The notes: generated by a model not told the origin, from the sequence alone. A stretch of 39,945 nucleotides of DNA from Synechococcus sp. (GCA_051439605.1 JBFRWN010000042.1:1-39945), one strand, 5' to 3'; numbered from the stretch's first letter, positions 1 through 7,339 are shown. Numbers and translations are program-made.

Positions 1-1593
1 CCCATTGGCAATCATCTGAATTGCTCGAGGAGCACCGGGGTCAAACCCGCCGAAATCCCACGACAGCGGATCTTTAGGATCGACCAGCGAGATGCGGTAG
101 GGGGCCAACGTGACGTAAATCGCCTTGGCATTGGGGTTCACCTTGCGACGATATGCCGCCAGCGCTTGGCTGGGGTGCCGACGACCGGCCCAAGACTCCG
201 AATCCGTCCAAAAGCAGATGACATCAGCCCAGAACTGCTTCTTAATCGCCCAATCGTAGGCCACCGAAGCATCCGTCCCGCCAAAATTATGGCGGTTTGT
301 CTTCTGCATCGCCGAGTGGAAACTATCCCGAGCCGTAATGCCCAGATCCTTGAACGTAGTGGCGAATCCGCGAATGGCGAAGTTATCCTCCGCCTTCGCC
401 GTCACCAATGCCATCACCGTGGCAATTTCGCAGCAGGTCAAGTTCACCGAGCTGACGGTGTAATAGGACATCGACCCCGATACATCCACCGCATGCAAGA
501 AGGTTTTGCCCGTAGGCTCCACTGTCTCGAAAGACAGCTCCAGAGCTTTTTCCAGAATGTCGCAAATGCGGGGGATGGGGTCCCAAGACTTTTTGCTGCG
601 ACCCACGCGCCCGCCGGAGCGGTAGGTCTTCAGCGCCTTGAGGACGTCTATGGGGTGAATGCGACCCTTGCGCAGGCGATCACGACTGGTCAGCACTGTC
701 GCCACCCGCTTCAAGTTCTTGGACTTATGCGCCCGCAACACGCCAATCTCCGTCAGAGAGCCAAGATTGCGCAACAGTGCCCCAATCGGCATGTCCTCAA
801 ACAACAACTGCCATACCCGCTCGTCCATCTTCCCGATGGGAGCCACCATTTCGTGGGTCAAGCGACCCTCGGCGATCGCCATGCAGGTGCTTTCGGGATT
901 GCGCTTCAGCCATTCGTACCACCAGATTTGCGACAGGGGGCCGGTGGGAACCTGCTTGGGCAAGTCCTCCCAGCCATGCACCACCCAGTCGTACAGCGCC
1001 TGATGCTCTGGCGTGGCAGGCTTGGCGTGGAACAATCGCAAGGCATCCCGATTCGTGAATCCGTGCCGTTGCTGGTATTTCAGCAATTGGTATGCCAACT
1101 GCTTCACATCCGGCTTAGACAGCCAGCTTTTCCCGCATTCCCGCACCACTTTGCCGAAACCGCGCAAGGATTTGGTGTAGTTCAACCATTCGTAGAAATG
1201 GCTACCGGTGCGGACGACTTTGGGGAAAATTTCCATGAATGCCCGCTTTGCAGCAGGAGAATCCCCCATCGACAGCAAGACCAGAGCGAAGAGGGGAGCG
1301 CTGTTGTTGATGGAACGGCCATCGCTAGCTGCGACAATTTCGCAAGCGGTGCGATCGGGGTCTTCGTCAACGCAGGCGAGCACTACGTCCGTGAAGTCAC
1401 CCGTCAGATCGTGCTTGTCTGCGTAGTAGGTGCTTTGGGCAGTACCGATCAGCAAGCAGCGGGTGAGCATTTTCCAACTGCCCGGATCGAACATGTAACC
1501 GCCCGATCGCCCCTGTACCATTTCGCGATCGCGCCCCGGAATGGGCTGAGACTGAGGGGTAGCGGTGGGTGAAGTGAAAAATTCGTATGTCAT
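1..1593 (-). CDS. rsr: Ro60/Rsr TROVE-domain RNA-binding protein with C-terminal vWA domain; 3'-partial, continues past the left edge
   Basis: Manual translation from ATG at 1593 (GGAGAAG upstream): MTYEFFTSPTATPQSQPIPGRDREMVQGRSGGYMFD...LTRCLLIGTAQSTYYA...VVRTGSHFYEW...RGFGKVVR...LAYQLLKYQQRHGFTNRDALRLFH...VDVSGSM...FGGTDAS...WTDSESWAG...HPSQALAAYRRKVNPNAK...GFDPGAPRAIQMIANG. These are Ro60-family motifs including a MIDAS DxSxS. The start, MIDAS and window-edge segments share one frame (531 codons). Confidence 0.95.
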   Translation of the reverse strand, partial: MTYEFFTSPTATPQSQPIPGRDREMVQGRSGGYMFDPGSWKMLTRCLLIGTAQSTYYADKHDLTGDFTDVVLACVDEDPDRTACEIVAASDGRSINNSAPLFALVLLSMGDSPAAKRAFMEIFPKVVRTGSHFYEWLNYTKSLRGFGKVVRECGKSWLSKPDVKQLAYQLLKYQQRHGFTNRDALRLFHAKPATPEHQALYDWVVHGWEDLPKQVPTGPLSQIWWYEWLKRNPESTCMAIAEGRLTHEMVAPIGKMDERVWQLLFEDMPIGALLRNLGSLTEIGVLRAHKSKNLKRVATVLTSRDRLRKGRIHPIDVLKALKTYRSGGRVGRSKKSWDPIPRICDILEKALELSFETVEPTGKTFLHAVDVSGSMSYYTVSSVNLTCCEIATVMALVTAKAEDNFAIRGFATTFKDLGITARDSFHSAMQKTNRHNFGGTDASVAYDWAIKKQFWADVICFWTDSESWAGRRHPSQALAAYRRKVNPNAKAIYVTLAPYRISLVDPKDPLSWDFGGFDPGAPRAIQMIANG

Positions 1594-1645
1594 AACGCTT
1601 CTCCGTCCCTGATGGGATATGTGAAAGGTGTCCCCAAACGGGGAA

Positions 1646-1766
1646 GGGAGACGGGCGGGATTCGAACCCGCATCTCGGCGGACAAAGGGGGGTCGTCCAT
1701 AGCGATAACCTTTGTCCTTCGGCCCTAACGGGCGATGGTGCGCTCTACCGTTGAGCTACCGACTCC
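1646..1766 (-). ncRNA. Y-RNA-like tRNA mimic, copy E1 (closest to rsr)
   Basis: Minus strand: (G)GAGTCGG TA GCTC-AACGGTA-GAGC ... GGGCCGAAG ... GGTTATCG ... GAGAT GCGGG-TTCGAAT-CCCGC CCGTCTC C. Has acceptor stem, D arm and T arm, but no 7-nt anticodon loop. Confidence 0.8.
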
Positions 1767-1785
1767 ATAGAGTTTGGAAATGTGT

Positions 1786-1888
1786 TGGACGGGAGGGGAC
1801 TCGAACCCCTGACCGGTAATCCTCGGTCTTCGACCCCGAAAGGTAAGGAGCGATCGAGGTACTGCTCTGCCCACTGAGCTACCCGCCC
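1786..1888 (-). ncRNA. Y-RNA-like tRNA mimic, copy E2
   Basis: GGGCGGG TA GCTC-AGTGGGCA-GAGC ... CTT ACCT-TTCG-GGGT CG AAG ... CGGTC AGGGG-TTCGAGT-CCCCT CCCGTCC A. 7-bp acceptor stem; long bulged hairpin with GTCGAAG in place of the anticodon arm. Confidence 0.85.
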
Positions 1889-1912
1889 AAGATTGTTTCG
1901 ATTGGTGTTGTC

Positions 1913-2035
1913 TGGTGGACGGAGGGGGATTTGAACCCCCATCTCCCGCTTGGAAGGCGATAACCCCGATTCGGCGACCCTTGCGGGTAAATGGGTGAAA
2001 AGGGAAAAGGTGTTCTGCCGTTAAACTATCCGCCC
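1913..2035 (-). ncRNA. Y-RNA-like tRNA mimic, copy E3, encoded CCA end
   Basis: GGGCGGA TA GTTT-AACGGCA-GAAC ... ATTT ACCC-GCAA-GGGT CGCC GAAT ... GGTTATCG ... GAGAT GGGGG-TTCAAAT-CCCCC TCCGTCC A CCA. Confidence 0.85.
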
Positions 2036-2045
2036 AAGTTGTAAC

Positions 2046-2147
2046 TGGTGGACGAGTGGGGAGTCGAACCCCGTCTTGCCATGACCGATAACCTTCACTC
2101 GGCGACCCTTGCGGGTAAGTGATGAATAAAGGGGAAGAAACTCGCCC
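2046..2147 (-). ncRNA. Y-RNA-like tRNA mimic, copy E4, D-armless, encoded CCA end
   Basis: GGGCGAG TTTCTTCCCC... CACTT ACCC-GCAA-GGGT CGCC GAGTG AA GGTTATCG ... GGGG-TTCGACT-CCCC A CTCGTCC A CCA. Acceptor stem and T arm present; no D stem recognisable. Confidence 0.8.
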
Positions 2148-2155
2148 AAGTGGTG

Positions 2156-2284
2156 TGTAGTGGAGGAGGACTCGAACCTCCAGATGACGCAGTTCCAGCG
2201 ATAACCCTCACTCTTCGACCCAATGGGTAAGGTTTGAACGAGGCAATTCGACTGCCGCCTTTACCAATTTGGCCACCCACTACA
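2156..2284 (-). ncRNA. Y-RNA-like tRNA mimic, copy E5 (first in the array)
   Basis: TGTAGTGGG TG GCC-AAATTGGTAAA-GGC G GCAGT ... CTT ACCC-ATT-GGGT CG AAG ... GGTTATCG ... ACTGC GTCATCT GGAGG-TTCGAGT-CCTCC TCCACTACA. The 5-bp anticodon-stem equivalent GCAGT/ACTGC encloses a 57-nt insert. Confidence 0.85.
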
Positions 2285-2353
2285 GGTGTTGCGATTCGGT
2301 TCGCTTGGCTTTCGCCGCCCGTCCCTCATCGACATCCCAAGACTAAGGGCGGT

Positions 2354-2454
2354 AGTTGCCCCCATTCGAATTTGAAGAATGTCACCTCAAACGCATACGC
2401 TACAACGGATTGCAGTTAGGGGGGCATGTTGAAGTTGGGGGTACCCCCTAACTT
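2354..2454. promoter_or_regulatory. Candidate operator boxes (GGGGGYA x4) in the divergent Y-RNA/rsr and NACHT intergenic region
   Basis: TGCCCCC 2357-2363, AGTTAGGGGGGCA 2414-2426, near-palindrome AAGTTGGGGG-TA-CCCCCTAACTT 2432-2454. Function is inferred from position only. Confidence 0.4.
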
Positions 2455-2472
2455 TGTTTGCGGATTCACTTA

Positions 2473-5349
2473 ATGCCAAAGCAAAGCTACGGACCATTGA
2501 CCAAAGAGCGATCGCGATTGCTCCTGTTTTCCCTGCTAGATTTCGCCAATGACAGTCTGGATACAGACGAGAGACAGCTGGATCTGCTGCGATCGCACCT
2601 ACAAACCCACTGGCAATCCTCCACCCGCCTAGTCGTTCGTACCAAACTTCGCTATCTGCAAGCCCTTTCCAAACTGGCCAGTGCGGGGGAGGGCCTCTCC
2701 CTACCCCACATCAAGGCAGCTCTCAAACATCTGGCCGAGTTTGTCGGCATTTTGGAAGACAACCGCACCGTCAAGCGGGGTTCCGACCAATGGCATTTCA
2801 CTCTGAGATGGTGGCGCGATCGCTGGGAACGGGAGGCTAATCTAGCTCACTTCGATCGCGCATGGGAAGCCAACCGACCGGATCGCGTCCAAGAGTCCTC
2901 TAACCCAGAGCAAGAGACTGAGACAGCAAGCAAAATCGGCGATCGCTGGCAACAGCTATGCAGAGAAGCCTTAGACACTCGACTGACCAGTAACCCTATG
3001 ACTGCTGGGGATGGAATGGCGTTTGAGTTGGGGGAAGTGTACGTCCCGCTGGGGGTAGCCGAGCGAAAGTCGAGATCGCAGGAGGAAGAAGACTGCGAGG
3101 CTCGGGTGTACGAACCGGCAGAGCTGCTAGATCGGCTCAAGGCATCTGAGGAACCCGTTCGGGCAGCAATTGTAGGGGAACCGGGGGCAGGGAAGACGAC
3201 TCTGTTGCAGCAGTTGGCGATCGCGCTGTTGCAGACTCCCGATGCGATGCCCATTTGGATTTCGCTGGCGGATTTGGAAGGGCAATCGTTAGAGACCTAT
3301 CTGACGCAGACTTGGCTGCGCCAAGCGCTGCGAGTTTTTCAGGTGCCGACTGAGACAGTGGAACAGTTTGCAGCTCAATTTCAGCAGGGACGCGTGTGGT
3401 TGCTATTGGATGCGGTCGATGAGTTGGGGGGAGAGGGTAGCGGTGCGATCGCGTGGCTGGCAAGGGAGTTGAAGGGCTGGCTTTCTGAGGCCCATGTGGC
3501 ACTTACCTGTCGCCTCAATATTTGGGATGCCGGAAAAAATACGCTGGCCACGTGCCAAACCTTTCGCTGCATCAGTTTTAGCGATGGGACGGGTTCGGGC
3601 AGCAATCAGGTGCAGGAGTTTATTCGGCGCTGGTTTAAAGATGATGAAGCAAGGGGGGAGAAGCTTTGTCGGCGGTTAGAGCAGCGCAGCCTGCGGCGCA
3701 TTCGAGAGCTGGTGCGCCATCCGCTATACCTGGCCCTGCTGTGCTGCACTTGGGCATCTGCAAAGGGAAAATTACCCGCGACGAAAGCAAGCTTGTACCG
3801 CCAGTTTGCGATCGCCCATTACGAGTGGAAGCAGGATTTATTTCCCACAACGTTGGTTCAGCGGCGGGAGCTCAATAAAGCGCTGTCAGAACTGGCACTA
3901 GCCGCTATGAAGCAGTCTCCCCCCAGCTTCCGCTTGCTCCGCTCCTTCATCGATCGCCAATTCCCCGATCGCCCAGAATTGCTTACTCTAGCGCTGCAAC
4001 TGGGTTGGCTGAACAAAGTAGGCTGTTCGGATGTCCATGCCGAACCGATTTACTCCTTTTATCACCCCACGTTTCAAGAGTATTTTGCCGCTCGGGCCAT
4101 CTCAACCTGGCAAGAGTTCTTTGCGCTAGAGACAGCGGCAGGAACTGTCGCCCCCATCTTCATGCCCATCTGGCACGAGACAATTTTGCTGTGGGTGGGG
4201 CGGGACGACATAGCCGCAGAAGATAAGACCGAATTCACCGATCGGCTCGTTTCTTTCAACGATTGCTGCGGCGGGCTATACAGTTACCGCACAAAGTTTC
4301 TGGCAGCTCGCGGCCTGACAGAAATGAGCGAGTATCCCGGCGCTGACGCTCTCGTGAAACACCTTATCCGGTGGCGTTTTGCGAAGCCCGATCGTGTCCC
4401 TCAACTACCCGGTCCGATCGTCGAGCAAGCGGGCATCGCCCTTTCGCGCACCGATCGGAGTTTAAGCATTCCCGCCCTAGAATCCTTTCTCCAAACCGCC
4501 AACCAACCTCTAGAAAAGTGGCTGGCGGCCCACAGCTTGGGCAAAAACTACGACCCTGGCAACCCAATTGCCATCTCCACCCTCACCCAGCTGTTGCAAC
4601 AGGAGCACCCTCCACTGTTTCGCCTCAACTTCATCCGTAGCTTAGAAGCCGTCGATCCGGGCAATCCTCTAGTGCAGGTGGGACTAATCGACATCCTCAA
4701 AACAGAAAGTAAACCCAGCATCTTGCGCAAAGCCGCCAACCGTCTAGCCAAGGTCGATCCCGACAATCCCCTCGCGCGCAATACCTTGAAGGTGTTGCTA
4801 TCCCAAACCGACGATCCCCGAGTGCGCAGCAATATCCTGACCAACCTACAACAACTTGACCATCCGCAGTCCCCAACGATCTCCAACGGAAACGCACCCA
4901 CAAAATCTGCTAAGCGCCAAAAAAACGAACCCGATCGAGATAAGCTAATTGCCAACCTATTAACCAAGTTGGACAGTAGCAACGATCTAGCCCACCGCAT
5001 CCGAGTTGCAGGAAAACTAGGCCAATGTTGTCCGGACCATCCGCAGGTCACGACTATCCTCCTGGATGTCCTCAGCACCAGTCGCAGCAAAGCCATGCTC
5101 AAGTCTGCAGTGGACCAATTGCGAGATGTAATGGAGGGCGATCGCCTGCTCGATCTCATCCCAGCCGTGCGCGATATCTACCTGAGTAATCCCGCCAAAT
5201 CGGAGCGATCGCGCCAATCCTACCGCCTCCTGTGGTACTGGTCCGCCACTATTCCCCTGCCAGATTTCCAGCGCCAATGGCAACTTCCCGTCACCAAATT
5301 CCGCAACCCCGTTCGCCCACCTGAGATCTCGAAAACCTCCCCTCCATAG
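2473..5349 (+). CDS. NACHT (STAND) NTPase with uncharacterised N-terminal domain and C-terminal HEAT-like repeats
   Basis: Walker A GEPGAGKTT, Walker B VWLLLDAVDE, HPLYLALLC, YSFYHPTFQEYFAA, and repeated 'DPGNP' helical units. ATG 2473 preferred over TTG 2458. Confidence 0.9.
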   Translation: MPKQSYGPLTKERSRLLLFSLLDFANDSLDTDERQLDLLRSHLQTHWQSSTRLVVRTKLRYLQALSKLASAGEGLSLPHIKAALKHLAEFVGILEDNRTVKRGSDQWHFTLRWWRDRWEREANLAHFDRAWEANRPDRVQESSNPEQETETASKIGDRWQQLCREALDTRLTSNPMTAGDGMAFELGEVYVPLGVAERKSRSQEEEDCEARVYEPAELLDRLKASEEPVRAAIVGEPGAGKTTLLQQLAIALLQTPDAMPIWISLADLEGQSLETYLTQTWLRQALRVFQVPTETVEQFAAQFQQGRVWLLLDAVDELGGEGSGAIAWLARELKGWLSEAHVALTCRLNIWDAGKNTLATCQTFRCISFSDGTGSGSNQVQEFIRRWFKDDEARGEKLCRRLEQRSLRRIRELVRHPLYLALLCCTWASAKGKLPATKASLYRQFAIAHYEWKQDLFPTTLVQRRELNKALSELALAAMKQSPPSFRLLRSFIDRQFPDRPELLTLALQLGWLNKVGCSDVHAEPIYSFYHPTFQEYFAARAISTWQEFFALETAAGTVAPIFMPIWHETILLWVGRDDIAAEDKTEFTDRLVSFNDCCGGLYSYRTKFLAARGLTEMSEYPGADALVKHLIRWRFAKPDRVPQLPGPIVEQAGIALSRTDRSLSIPALESFLQTANQPLEKWLAAHSLGKNYDPGNPIAISTLTQLLQQEHPPLFRLNFIRSLEAVDPGNPLVQVGLIDILKTESKPSILRKAANRLAKVDPDNPLARNTLKVLLSQTDDPRVRSNILTNLQQLDHPQSPTISNGNAPTKSAKRQKNEPDRDKLIANLLTKLDSSNDLAHRIRVAGKLGQCCPDHPQVTTILLDVLSTSRSKAMLKSAVDQLRDVMEGDRLLDLIPAVRDIYLSNPAKSERSRQSYRLLWYWSATIPLPDFQRQWQLPVTKFRNPVRPPEISKTSPP

Positions 5350-5400
5350 AATTCTCCATACGCACCGATCTAATCTTCTTTGTCCCGCATGGGTCTTCTC

Positions 5401-5468
5401 GGAGGGGGTCCGGGGGAAGTGCCTCGTCCCCCGGTCGCGGGAGCGCGAGGGGGTCCACCCGCCCTCGC
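5401..5468. repeat. GC-rich double-hairpin element (possible small dispersed repeat or terminator)
   Basis: CCGGGGGA(5410-5417)/TCCCCCGG(5427-5434) and GCGAGGG(5445-5451)/CCCTCGC(5462-5468); direct repeat GAGGGGGTCC at 5402 and 5447. Confidence 0.5.
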
Positions 5469-5632
5469 AACCTCCCAGCTTCAGCAGAGCCACTTAATCC
5501 CTTCTTGCCCAAAATGAACCAAGCGAATTCCAAGCGATTTCTTTACCAGGCAGTGCGATCGCATGGAGCTAGCAACTACGATCGAGTATCCCTGTGGTGT
5601 CCGGAATGAGTGTGTAATGCGGATGGGCGATC

Positions 5633-7339
5633 GTGGCTAAGACTCAACAACGCATGGGACTACTGCCCGGCTTGCAAAGGTTGCTGACCTACCGTTCTCA
5701 ATGGTTGCGAGGAGATGTGCTAGCCGGATTAACCGTGGCAGCTTACCTAATACCGCAATGCATGGCCTATGGAGAGTTGGCAGGAGTGCAGCCAGTAGCG
5801 GGTCTGTGGGGAATCTTGCCTGCCATGTTGGTGTATGCGTTGTTGGGCTCATCTCCCCAACTTTCAGTGGGCCCAGAATCGACGACAGCAGTGATGACTG
5901 CAGTCGCGATTGCCCCGCTGGCCGCCCAAACAGGAATGGAACCTTCAGGCATCGCAGCGGTATTGGCCGTCATGGTGGGGGTAATTTGTGCGATCGCCTT
6001 CGTCACCCGCCTCGGCTTCCTGGCCAACCTACTTTCCAAACCCATCTTGATAGGGTACATGGCTGGAGTGGCAGTGCTGATGATGGCAGGTCAGTTGGGC
6101 AAAGTCAGCGGTCTCTCGTTACAGTCCCCAACGGTGTATGGCGAAATAGGAGAGTTTTTTAAGCACCTGAACGCAGTTCATCTACCCACCCTGCTTTTGG
6201 CAGGGCTGGTATTAGCCTTTCTACTCATCTTTCAGAGACGCTACCCAACCGCTCCGGGGGCTCTGTTAGCGGTGTTGCTGGCAACGACGATCGTGGCAAT
6301 TTTCCATCTGGACGATCGCGGTTTATCGGTAGTGGGACAAATTCCAGCGGGTTTACCTCGATTCAGCATTCCACATTTGGATAGCTCGATCCTGTTGCCG
6401 TTATTGGCCTCCGCTTGCGGAATTGCGATTGTGGGCTATTCGGACAATGTACTAACCGCGCGGGCGTTTGCGACCCGAAATGGCTATCGCATCGATACCA
6501 ACCAAGAGCTGTTGGCGTTGGGGGTGGCGAATATTGGAGCGGGGCTAACACAGGGATTTCCCCTCAGCAGTAGCGGCAGCCGGACAGCTTTGGGGGATGC
6601 GTCGGGCAGCCAGTCGCAGCTGTTTTCGCTAGTGGCGTTTGCAGTAGTCGTCGCAGTACTGCTGTTTTTGCGACCGTTGCTAGCGCTGTTTCCGATGGCG
6701 GCGTTGGGGGCCATCGTCATTTATGCAGCGCTGCGGTTGATTGAAATTCCCGAGTTTGTGCGGCTGTGGCACTTTCGCAAGACAGAGTTTTTGTTGGCGA
6801 TCGTGACGACGGTGGGGGTATTGGCCACTGACATCCTAGTGGGGGTGGGTGTCGCAGTCATCCTATCCATTCTGGATTTGTTGGTGCGGGTGGCGCGACC
6901 TTACGATGCGGTGTTGGGTCAGGTGCAGGGTTTGGAGGGCTGGCACGATGTGGCGGATTGGGAGAAATCCAAGACGGTACCTGGTTTACTCATTTACCGC
7001 TACGATGCACCCATTTTTTTCGCGAATGCAGAGGATTTTAAGCAACGGGCGCTGGATGCGATTGAGGGGCAGGCAGAGGAAGTGAAGTGGTTTGTGCTGA
7101 ATGCAGAGTCAATCTCCGAAATAGATATCACCGCCCACGACATGTTGCAGGAGTTTTGGTCAGAGCTGGCGGGTCGGGGAATTCGGTTTGGGATGGCGGA
7201 AGTCAAGCAGGATTTGTACGGTCAGTTAAGGCGATCGGGATTGCTAGCGGAGATTGGGGAAGATAGTATTTTTCCAACGATTGGGGACGCGGTGCAGGAG
7301 TTTGAGGGGCGGAACGATCGGAGAACGGCTACTCCATAA
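5633..7339 (+). CDS. SulP/SLC26 family anion transporter with STAS domain
   Basis: LRGDVLAGLTVAAYLIPQCMAYGELAG, GSSPQLSVGP, NQELLALG, SSSGSRT; C-terminal YRYDAPIFFANAE...IDIT STAS motif. Start could be ATG 5654. Confidence 0.95.
   Translation: MAKTQQRMGLLPGLQRLLTYRSQWLRGDVLAGLTVAAYLIPQCMAYGELAGVQPVAGLWGILPAMLVYALLGSSPQLSVGPESTTAVMTAVAIAPLAAQTGMEPSGIAAVLAVMVGVICAIAFVTRLGFLANLLSKPILIGYMAGVAVLMMAGQLGKVSGLSLQSPTVYGEIGEFFKHLNAVHLPTLLLAGLVLAFLLIFQRRYPTAPGALLAVLLATTIVAIFHLDDRGLSVVGQIPAGLPRFSIPHLDSSILLPLLASACGIAIVGYSDNVLTARAFATRNGYRIDTNQELLALGVANIGAGLTQGFPLSSSGSRTALGDASGSQSQLFSLVAFAVVVAVLLFLRPLLALFPMAALGAIVIYAALRLIEIPEFVRLWHFRKTEFLLAIVTTVGVLATDILVGVGVAVILSILDLLVRVARPYDAVLGQVQGLEGWHDVADWEKSKTVPGLLIYRYDAPIFFANAEDFKQRALDAIEGQAEEVKWFVLNAESISEIDITAHDMLQEFWSELAGRGIRFGMAEVKQDLYGQLRRSGLLAEIGEDSIFPTIGDAVQEFEGRNDRRTATP

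Noticed and set aside
166..1572. 468-aa plus-strand ORF in the track
   Set aside because: In-register antisense shadow of the rsr gene; no recognisable motifs, while the minus-strand frame has clear Ro60 motifs.
1646..2284. Cluster of genuine or intron-containing tRNA genes
   Set aside because: No unit has a canonical 7-nt anticodon loop. The inserts are far shorter than group I introns and share a Y-RNA-like motif.
1646..2284. CRISPR array
   Set aside because: Units are divergent structured RNAs, not identical repeats with unique spacers; no cas genes in the window.
1646..2284. Canonical YrlA reading (T arm of one unit joined to the D arm of the next through a closed acceptor loop)
   Set aside because: Acceptor strands pair best within each unit (E5 9 bp; compensatory pairs in E2-E4) and two units end in ACCA. 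Partial cross-pairing among E2-E4 is possible, so end mapping is still needed.
1745..2419. Short ORFs 1745-1942, 2095-2280 and 2234-2419
   Set aside because: They overlap the ncRNA array and have no protein-like features.
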